From Octopus sinensis (taxonomy: Eukaryota): a stretch of DNA of 64,000 nucleotides. Of the stretch, positions 53,901 to 64,000 are shown piece after piece. Where the stretch lies: positions 88,908,001 to 88,972,000 of the forward strand of contig NC_042998.1 of NCBI RefSeq assembly GCF_006345805.1. Reading direction: 5' to 3'. The translations under genes were made by a program, and so were the position numbers. The notes beneath the pieces were generated by a model. The model searched no databases and was not told where the DNA came from. It saw only the letters and a program-made list of their open reading frames with translations. Within the stretch, counting starts at the first letter, position 1; each line of letters opens with the position of its first letter.

Positions 53901-54614
53901 AAGTTAGTATTTCCTCATGGCCATATATGTTTTCATGGAAAGAATAGAAACAAACAACACCACTTGTATGATAATGACACTCATTTACAATTATGTCATA
54001 GCAATAGGATGGTCACACATACATTGTACACATATGCATACATACATCATCATCATCATCATCATCGTTTAGCGTCCGCTTTCCATGCTAGCATGGGTTG
54101 GACGGTTCAACTGGGGTCTGGGAAGCCAGAAGGCTGCACCAGGCCCAGTCTGATCTGGCAATGTTTCTACGGCTGGATGCCCTTCCTAACGCCAACCACT
54201 CCGTGAGTGTAGTGGGTGCTTTTTACGTGCCACCGGCACAGGTGCCAGACGAGGCTGGCAAACGGCCACGATCGGATGGTGCTTTTTACGTGCCACCAGC
54301 ATGGGGGCCAGGCGAGGCTGGCAACAGCCACGAACGGATGGTGTTTTTTACATGCCACCGATCCATCTATTTGTCTATAGGTACTTAGGGTAAATCCCAG
54401 CTGTTTCTGCCTGAAGCACATCTACTTATACCATTATTACAATTAATATGTAGTCACAGTTGTATTACAAATTTTTCTCTGTCTGATGAATATCTAATTA
54501 GAAATTCTTTTATCTAACATCTAAATCTTTTTTATTTCCTATCAGCAAGTGAAACATGTGTAATGGAGAACAAAAATATCTACTTTCCTATTCATATATA
54601 TATATATATATATA

Positions 54615-54827
54615 TGAGGTGGTGCTGCAAAGTTCCTGGCTTTAGGTAAAAGAAAATACAGGAGGACCAGTTAATTATGATTTTAGTTAGCATATTCCCC
54701 TCTCAGATTCACACACTTACTGCACTAGTACTTCAGTTTTTCTAAGTCCTGTAAAAGAACTCAGAAGGTTGAGCTTCCAATCAGGCCATTTGCGATGCCC
54801 TTAAAGCCAGGAACTGTTCAGTACTCC

Positions 54828-54831
<4 letters not shown>
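54615..54831. mobile_element. mariner-type MITE, 217 bp, in a (TA)n tract
   Basis: TIRs tgaggtggtgctgcaaagttcctggcttta and (reverse complement) tgagggagtactgaacagttcctggcttta match at 25/30; TA flanks. Confidence 0.8.
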
Positions 54832-54862
<31 letters not shown>

Positions 54863-55026
54863 ATATATATATATATATAGATAGATAGATGTAGTTTAAA
54901 TTTATAGAGAAACAAAAGATGAAGACAGGTGTATTAGTTTGATGCTTAGGCAAAATGAAAAAGTCTTTTATGTTTCAAGCCTATGCTCTTGTGTGTGTGT
55001 ATGTATATATATATATATATATATAT

Positions 55027-55244
55027 CCTTTTACTTATTTCTGTCATTTGACTGTGGCCTTGCTGGAGCACCGTATATAGTCAAATAAATCGACATTGGG
55101 ACTTACTCTTTGTAAGCCTAGTTGTTATTCTATCAGTCTCTTTTGCCAAACCACTAAGTTATAGGGATGTAAACACACCAACATCAGTTGTCAAGTGATG
55201 ATGGGGTACAAACACAGACACACAAATACATACATTTATATATG
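55027..55244 (-). mobile_element. SINE body, left half of the copy split by the RTE
   Basis: Matches the body of the contiguous copy at 44125-44320; the head half resumes at 58726-58972. Confidence 0.7.
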
Positions 55245-55249
55245 TTTGA

Positions 55250-58200
55250 ATGATGATAAGTTAAAAGCAAGAAAAACTGTTATGGCATGTCTGTTATCAA
55301 ATGATCGGGGAAACATTCTTTTCAGGTGCTGAATAACATCTCATGTTCCCTCCTACATCCCTTTCCCAGTTTTCAGAGTTGGCACTGTAAATGTAGGCAC
55401 ATTGAAATGTAGATCTAACGAGATTGTAAAGATGCTTAAAGAGAGGCATGTTGATGTGTATTGCATCCAAGAGGTTAGATGGAGAGGAGGTTCAGCCCGG
55501 TTCCTCACAGGCAAGATACATAGGTATAAAATCTTCTGGGAAGGTAACAGTGACAGAGTAGGTGGTGTGGGCATACTTCTTGCTGAGAAATGGGTGGATA
55601 AGGTCATAGAGGTAGTCAGAGTGTGTGATAACAGTACTTAAGCTTAGGTTAGTCATGCAGAATAGCATAGCTACAATTATATCTGCCTACACCCCACAGG
55701 CAGGCCTAACAAATGAACAGAAGGACACTTTTATGATATTCTTCTGCAAGCTACTTCAAAGACAAGTGACAGTGATCTCATCTTCGTGGCTGAGGATTTT
55801 AATGGGCATGTCAGCCGGCTGCCTAGTATCTTCCATGGTGTTCATGGCGGCTATAGAAATGCTTCCCAAAACAAAGCAGGAACAAGGCTACTGGAGTTTT
55901 GTGATGCAAATAACCTTTTGATCTGCAACACCAACTTCAGGAAGCCAGCCAACAACCTGATAACCTATCAATCAAGTGACTCTGCTAGCCAGATTGATTT
56001 CATTTTAACCAGACAGTTGCTTTTAAATATAAAGACCCTCTCTGGTGAAGAATGTGCCCCACCAACATAGACTAGTCATTAGTGACTTTAGACTCCAGGC
56101 CAGAAGGGTGTTGAGAAGCAGACTAATCTGGAAAAGAAGGATTTGGAAGCTTAAGGACCCTTCATATGGTCAGAGATTTAGGGACATCCTAATTCAGAAA
56201 TTTGATGAGAGGGAGGAGGAGCTACAATCTTGTGACATAGAGGGCAACTAAGAATTCCTGTGGGACAGCTTGCTGAGTGCCACAGACCAAATCTGTGGCA
56301 GGTGCAAAGTCCCTTTCAGACCTAGGGTAATGTGGTGGTGGAATGATACTGTAGACAGGGCCATTAGAGCAAAGAAACAGGCCTCGAAGAGTGGGGGCAG
56401 TAGGAACTATATCAGATAGCCAGAAGGGAAGTTACGAGACAAGTATATCTAGCCAAGGGAAAAGCAGAAAAGAAGTTTGCCTATGTTCAGCATCATGAGG
56501 ACCAAAGAACTGAAGTATTTCAGATTACAAGACAGTGTGTGAGAGAAAATTATGATGTTACAGGAGAGAAATGTGTTTGCATGGATGATGGTGCACCTGC
56601 TTTTAATGATTCTGCAAAGAAAGAGGCTTGGAGATGCCAATATGAAAGACTGCGGCATATTGAGAACGAATGGGAGGAGGAGAGTCAGTCAAATGATGAC
56701 CCAATTAAGGGACCAACTACCCTAATCTACAGTGCGCTAGTAGATAAAGTAATTAAGGATATGAAGACAGAGAAATCCTCCAACCCATCAAGAATCAATG
56801 CTGAGATGCTTAAAATATCTGGTGGTGTGGGTTATGGTCTAGTCACTCATATTGTAAATCAGGGGGTTCATGAAGGAGTCATACCCAATGATGGTGTAGC
56901 AGCACCGTAGTCAACTGCTACAAAGGTAAAAGTTATGCCTTTGATAGAAATAATTACAGAGGTATCAAAGTGTTGGATCAGGTGATGAAAGTTAGGGAGA
57001 GGGTCATAGCCCAACTAATTAAAGAGAGAGTTAGCCTAGATGAGATGCAGTTGCACCATTGATACTATATTTCTGGTAAGGCAACTGCAGGAGAAATACC
57101 AAGCCAAAAATAAACTTCTGTACTTGGCTTTTGTTGACTTGGAGAAAGCTTTTGACAGAGTCTTCTGATCCATTATCTGGAGGTCAATGCGGAAACTAGG
57201 GATAGATGAGTGGTTGGTAAGAGCTGTACAAGCCTTGTACAGGGACGCTACCAGTAAGGTGAGGGTTGGCAACAAATACAGTGAAGAAATCGGAGTACAA
57301 GTAGGGATTCACCAGGGATCAGTGCTCAGCTCCCTCTTGTTCATCATATTTCTCTTGGTAACAACAGAATTATTTAAGACAGGCTGCCCCTGAGAACTTC
57401 TCTATGCTGATGACCTTGCTCTTATAGCTGAATCACTACCTAAACTATAGAAGATGTTCCAAGTATAGAAGCAAGGTCTAGAATCAAATGGCCTTAGAGT
57501 CAACCTAGCTAAAACCAAAGTCCTAATAAGTAGGAAGGCAGACAAATCACAAATCCCTCCAGGTAGATAGCCCTACTCAATCTGTAGAAAAGGTGTAGGT
57601 AGAAACTTCATAAGGTGTACCCAGTGTAAGCTTTGGACACATAAAAGGTGCAGCAACATCAGAGAAACTAACTTTTGTATTTGGAAGTTGCACAGGTACA
57701 ATAAACACTGAAAATAAACTCCATTAACTGCTATGGGAGCAAGCTAGAGGTAGTAGATAGCTTCTGTTTTCTAGGTGACCAGGTTAGTAGTTGAGGTGGA
57801 TGCTCCAAGAGCATGGCTGTGAGAATAAGATTAGGTTGGGTAAATTTCAGAGAGCTCCTACCCCTGCTGGCAACAAAGGGCCTCTCTCTCAGAGTTGAAG
57901 GCTGATTGTTTGATGCCTGTGTGAGTACAGCTATGCTGTATGGCAGTGAAACATGGGCTATAACAGCTGAGGACATGCACGGACTTGAGAGAAATGAAGT
58001 GAGTATGCTGGATGTGCAATGTCAGTGTTCATGTTTGACAGAGTATAAGCATCTTGAGAAAAAAGTTAGGCATAAGAGGCATCACATGTGATGTGCAAGA
58101 GAGACAACTATGCTGGTATGGTCATGTGATGCATATGGATGAGAACAGCTGTGTAAAGATCTCTAACTGTGGAGGAAACCTGGGTAGACCCAGGAAGACA

Positions 58201-58725
58201 TGGGGTGAGATGATGAAGCATGTTCTTTGAACTTTGAGCCTCAGAAAGGCAATGACAAATGACTGAGACCTTTGGTGATGTGCTGTGCTTGAGAGAACTC
58301 AAGCCAAGTGCACCCATGCTGGTGGCACGTAAAGAACATCTTTTGAACTTTGGGCTCACAGAGGCAAAGTGGCTGAGTCCCTCTTGCGTTTTGGGCCTCA
58401 CAGAGGTAATGACCAAGACCTTTGGCATTATGTCATGCTTGAGAAGAAGACCCATCAAGCCGAGCAAAATCGCAGTTATGGCAGATACCGGTGTCATGCA
58501 AGTTGGCATGTAAATGCACCCTGGTGTCACACAAATAGTACCCATACTAGTGGCAAATAAAAGCACCCATTACATTCTCAGAGTGGTTGATGTTAGGAAG
58601 GGCATCCAACCGTAGAAAACCATGCCAAATCAGACTGGAATCTGGTGCAGCCTTCCTGCGTGCCAGCCCAGTCAAACTGTCCAACCCATGCCAGCATAGA
58701 TAATGGACATTAAATGATGATGATG
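55250..58725 (+). mobile_element. Near-full-length RTE LINE (APE + RT), inactivated by stops and frameshifts
   Basis: APE: FRVGTVNVGTL...YCIQEVRWRG...GVGILL, DFNGHV, SQIDFIL. RT: FVDLEKAFD, GIHQGSVLS, LYADDL (57403-57414), MLYGSETW. Ends in a (tga)n tail. Confidence 0.95.
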
Positions 58726-59943
58726 ATATATATACGACAGGCTTCTTTCAGTTTCCATCTACGAAATACACTTACATACATGTGCATGCACGCACACACA
58801 TACACACACACACACACACACTTTCACTTTCCATGTACTAAATCCTCTCACAAGATTTTAGTCAGCCTGGGACTACAGTAGATAACATTCACCCAAGATG
58901 ACACAAAATTAGACTGAATCCCAAAAGTGGTGAGGAAGCGAACTTCTTAACTACCCAGCCATGCCTGTACCTTTCTCTTTCGTTTATCATTCAAACTGCT
59001 CAGAATTTCTTCAAGACTTTGTTGCAGTCATTCAGTGATATTTGTAATTATTCAAGTAGATCTATTCATTATCACTGTTGTCTCTGAAGTTTACATGTTG
59101 TTTTGGGATTAAATGTTATATAAAAGTGTTTACTGTTGGGCATTTGTATTTACTGTATCATTTTTGCTCTAGCATTTTTCCTCTAGGAACACAGTAATTT
59201 CTTCCCAATTCTATTTAGCCAGAAGGAATGATAAAATCCTTTCTACTAAAGGCACAAGGCCTGAAATTTTGGGGAACGGGGCTAGTCAATTAGATCAACC
59301 GCAGTCCGTAACTGGTACTTAATTTATTGACCCCAAAAGGATGAAAGGCAAAGTCGACCTCGGTGGAATTTGAATGTAGTGATATATAAAATACCGCTAA
59401 GTATTTCGTCCAGCACATTAATGATTCTGCCAGCTCACCACCTTAGGAATAATGAAATACACCTATTATACACTCTGTAAAGTGATTGATGTTAGGGAGG
59501 ATATCCAGCCAAGGAGACTATGCCTCAGAATGGTACATATGAGCAAGTTATGAATTTCACAAGCTACATTACAGTTCATATCTATGAGTAACTTCAGTAG
59601 CCCCAAAATAAGAATTGATACAGGGTAGCAGAGATTAGTCAGTTCTCACCTCATAGGGCACCCCCTTATGTGTCTGTGGTACAATTAGAATGCATTTAGA
59701 CAACACTGTAAAACACATGCAACAAGAGATCTGGCTGTTTTTTGTTTTGTTTTGTTTGTTTCTAGTATGTAACAAGACCCATCCAATCCAACCAACCACA
59801 GAAAAACAGACATAGAATGTTGATGCTGATGTCTGAGCGTTGTCTATAGAGATGATGTAATGTCCCATGCACCAAGTCAAACTGTATCCCTAGTTTGTTG
59901 GTGATCCTTTATAATACAGATTGTTGACGATAAATAAGACATA

Positions 59944-60116
59944 CATTATTTACATTTGATGGATATTTGTCCTCATCTTGTTTGTTGTTAACATGTTTTG
60001 GCTGATATACCCTCCAGCCTTCATCAGGTGTCTTTCAAACCTGGGCATAAGGGGTAATAGTGGTTAAGAGCGCTGGCTACTAACCCCAAGATTCCAAGTT
60101 CGATTCCAAGCAGTGA

Positions 60117-60168
<52 letters not shown>

Positions 60169-60369
60169 AAGAAGAAGAAGAAGAAGAAGAAGAAGATCGA
60201 AAAATATCTTAGGAATGAGAACCCAGGTTTGAAATTTCCCCCAAGACACTTGATGAAGGCTGGAGGGTATATCAGCCGAAATATTGTGTTAATAACAAAC
60301 AAGATGAGGACAAATATCCGTCAAATGTAAATAATGTACATAATTCCTCATCTCTTTAATATAGAACTG
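59944..60369. mobile_element. Fold-back tRNA-head/hammerhead element, copy C (opposite orientation, one head deleted)
   Basis: 12 bp TSD aaataagacata at 59932-59943 and 60370-60381; hammerhead motifs at ~59990-60032 (-) and 60245-60290 (+). Confidence 0.85.
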
Positions 60370-60892
60370 AAATAAGACATATTCTAAACAAATTAGCTTA
60401 TCTCTCTGTAAGAGCAACTAGAAAGTGTAAAATAAAATGTATATTCATAATCAGTAAAAAGTAAAAGTTTATAAATGTATTACATAAAGTTGTATGGGGA
60501 AGGTAGTATTATATTCAATTATTAGAATTATTTGGGTAAAATAATTTTCAATGAAAAATAATTATATGAAATAAAAATAGTAATGATAGTTTTTATTTTC
60601 TTTTATTAAAGAAATAATGCAAGGTGGTCAGTGTTTACAAATTTTTTTCAACTTTTAAAATTGAATTCCATTAAATTCCTTTTCACTGGTTTCTGCTTTG
60701 GCAGCAGTTTTAGACATATATAGCCTGTGGAATGAAAACACATGATATAAGTGTATTTCATGAAAAAAATAAAGAATATTTTATCTAGTTATTTCACTTG
60801 GCTATTTTAAAAGTTTTCAGTATCTAAAAATTACATAATAATTTTTAAAATAGTTTTCTCAATTACAAATAAGTATGTGTATATGGGTACAA

Positions 60893-60928
<36 letters not shown>

Positions 60929-61549
60929 AATTCAGTTTCAACAGCTTATTTTTTTGCAGCCTTTCCTAAGCAGCATTCAATTCAAACTGCACCTCAATTT
61001 TCTCTGTTTTCATAATGACCTCATTAATCTTTTCACACATACAAAACAAAAAATAAAAATAATAATAATAGTTTTTTTTTTTTTTATGAAGTACTTTGCT
61101 CTTTTTAATTATCATGGAATGCTAAATGACTTTTGGGCTAATGTTTAGTACTGTAGTTGTCCTACTTTAAGCCTGATAATTCACAGCTTCTGATTTTGTG
61201 ACTGATGTTCTAAATTCAAATCTCACTAGGGTTAATAAATATTTCTCCATTAAAGTGGTAGTTAATGCAGTCAGCTTCACTTTTACTTTCTCGTCAACTT
61301 AGAAAAGTGTTTGCTACAAGGTTAGGCTTCCTCAACTGAATTGTTTATTGGTTATATTTCAATTATAATACTCAATAAAATCTGTAGTGTTATCACATTC
61401 AGGGTATTGCTATCATCCATTCAGTACCCAATAGCTAAAGGTGTAAAGATGGTAATTACTAGTTTGTGGGTTCACATTGTGTGTGTGCGTATGCGTGCGT
61501 ACATATAGGGTAGGTGTTGGAAGTGTATACACACACAACAACACATACA

Positions 61550-61582
<33 letters not shown>

Positions 61583-62299
61583 TTCATCTGTTGGTAGGTT
61601 CTCCAAATGAAAGCACCCAACTCATTTGAGAGATGAATATTTTTGTTTTCTTTCATCTAGCTATATAACTGGTTTCTTTCTGATGGCTTCTTTGTTTTCA
61701 TGTTCAAGTGGAGATATTTCATTTGGTTTGGGTAGAGACCCAGAGCCTCCCTTCTTTTTTTGTTCATCAGGCTAACTTGGCATAAACCACATAATGGCTG
61801 ATAATATATGAAGTATTGGAAGAAGAGACAATATGACAGGGACAATAACTGGGATTTACTTAATCCTAAGTTGCTTCCCTGTGATTGTCAATAACTATTA
61901 TTGCTGTATAAAATGAAGCCTTCTTCTTAGTAGTACCTATTAGATCTTTAATTGGATGGGTCCTTTGAATGTCAATAAAGATTCATGTTAAAAGTGTGTC
62001 TGAAAATTGTACATTGATTATGTGCTGTTGAGAGTAGGAGAAAGAAAGTTGTAAGTAGAATGTTAAGTTTATTGTCTGTCTAAAAGGTTTACTAAAGTAA
62101 AAGTGGAAGTGTTACTATATAGGGATGCTGATATGTGTGCAGTGAAATTTAAATAGTGAGAAGGTTGAAAGAAGAAAAGAAGTAAAATGTGAAGGATATG
62201 CCTAGCTTGATCTTTGTTGGGTGGCACTATTAATACGGCATTGATGTTATTTTCCCATTGCACAAATTGAATTTATTTACATAGGTACACCTTACAAAT

Positions 62300-63990
62300 A
62301 TTTCCTTTCTTGAATTCAGAAGTTACTGGAGCTCATTGATTTCAGCAGGATGTGTATTCTTTCTGCTGTACAAAGCCTGCATTTCTTTGATCCATTTGTG
62401 CATGATTTTGCTTTTTCAAAAACCCTTTATTTAATACTGAACTCAATAATTGTGTCTCCTATTTTCCTGTAGTGGTTTGCAAATATTGTAAAATTCCTTT
62501 TGTCAGTGTATGTGAAAAATGACTTCTCATTGTTAAAACTTTCTTGAGTGCATAAGTAGTGTCTTATCCTGGCATAAATTTAAATTACCTCTTGGCTAAT
62601 TATTTTCCTAATCAATTGAGCTATAACTTTCTCAGTAAATTTTATATACTGGTTCAACTATATGATGCCTCAGTTATTTGTCTCTTTGTAGGTTAACTTC
62701 ATCCTTGTATTATTTAATGACAATATAGCTTCATCAGTCATTTACTGAATATGCATGTGACTAAAACATGATCAATTTCACCAGATATTTGAAATACTTC
62801 AGTAACTATCTTTGATTGTCCAGCTACCTTGTCTGCTTTCATATCCCTAATTGTGCTTTCTACCATAAGCTCTAACTTTAGTCGTTGATCCTTTGAATAG
62901 AGGCCTACATGGGATAGCCCTTTCCTCACTCTCTCATGCATTCTCCTCTTCCATCAATGTCTTGTCACAACATTTCCATGCCACTTTGTTTTCAGCATCA
63001 GTAAGAAGCAGTCTTCTCTTTTGCCTACTCTAACTGATTCCTCTGATACCCTGTTTTTCTGTCAGCACCTTATTACTCTACCATTCAGCTGCATTAACAT
63101 TACATGTTGTGAAGTATATTTCATTAATTTCTTTCTATTAGCTAATCTTCTTTATTCAAGGTCCATGTGTTGCTGCTATGCAGCATTATGCTTTGTACAC
63201 ATGCATCATACAGTCTGCCCTTCCCTCTGATAATGAAAAGAACAGATTTTTATAATATATATGTACAAAAGGAAATTCTCTCTTCCTTGTTCTTATTCAG
63301 TAATAGCCAGAATAAAAAGAGGGTGGAGAGAATTGCCTCCAGAGTTAATAGCTTTATGATCTTTCTCGCTGCCATTCTTACTTGGACTGTAATACTTTCA
63401 CTACACCCCATTCCTCCATTGCTAATTAGGTTCCCAAGGTTACAAAGCTATCAACTACTTATAATGAGCCTTATGAGATTTGAAAGAATTTCTTTTGCAT
63501 GAATTCTTACTCCCAATTGCACTTGTGCATCTGTTACATACAAAATATGTTTTGACAGTCAACCTGCCACTGGTCCTACTACACCACTTGTGCATCTATA
63601 TTGTACACTGAGTATGGAATTTCTATCCACTCTTTTTCTGCATATTGGACATAATCATTTCCCTCTTACCTCTAGAGTCCTGTCTTCTCTCCTACTTACT
63701 TAAACTTTAGTCATTGCTAAGTTTACTTTGCAGTCTCTTGGTTTCAGGTTTGTTTCCAAGTCTATTAAATCTACGAGTTTCTCTGGAAAGCCAATCTTAA
63801 ACTCTTTTATGGTATGTAGAACTATAAGAAACTGGAGCTGAAAACTGAGTGCTGATTGATCTGTACTGACATACTGAATTCATTATTGAACTCATTACTA
63901 ACCCTTACCTGCTGATTGTGCCTAATATCACCATATCACAGAGCATGGAACCCTGTGAAGGACTTAGGCTAATTTTGCTTCTAATCAATT
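62300..63990 (-). mobile_element. Two old RTE RT fragments
   Basis: VESTIRDMKADKVAGQSKIVTEVFQISGE (ORF 62738-62941) and KVRVSNEF..EFS..V.INQHSVFS (~63800-63920) correspond to segments of the RTE at 56740-57400. Confidence 0.65.
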
Positions 63991-64000
63991 TTGCTAGAAC

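Noticed and set aside
1-64000. CRISPR arrays, rRNA, snoRNA or prokaryotic-type systems
   Set aside because: No regular repeat-spacer array or rRNA similarity. The many TGATGA strings are (TGA)n retroelement tails or hammerhead cores, not paired C/D boxes.

Overview
AT-rich, microsatellite-dense animal genomic DNA. The repeat families (RTE, L2/CR1, R4/Dong, mariner, tRNA-SINEs, Penelope-type termini) suggest an octopus or other coleoid cephalopod; this is inferred from recalled repeat sequences, not a search. The only host-gene sequence I can support is two consecutive internal + strand exons of hyccin (FAM126A/B, HYCC) at 49275-49370 and 50766-50969. I recognised no other hyccin exon, so the rest is probably large introns full of transposon relics, including a near-full-length but dead RTE LINE (~55250-58725) nested inside a SINE. 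Almost all short ORFs in the supplied track come from microsatellites or decayed TEs. The most striking signal is a three-copy family of fold-back elements (38653-39253, 39893-40364, 59944-60369). Each has a 12-13 bp target-site duplication and inverted arms, one with a ~32-36 nt extension. Each intact arm reads tRNA-like Pol III head, microsatellite, then a minimal type I hammerhead ribozyme motif. This looks like a tRNA-headed, ribozyme-bearing, Penelope-mobilised SINE-like element. Several unrelated long palindromes, a Tc1 MITE with a CTCF-like motif and a pre-miRNA-sized hairpin are also present.
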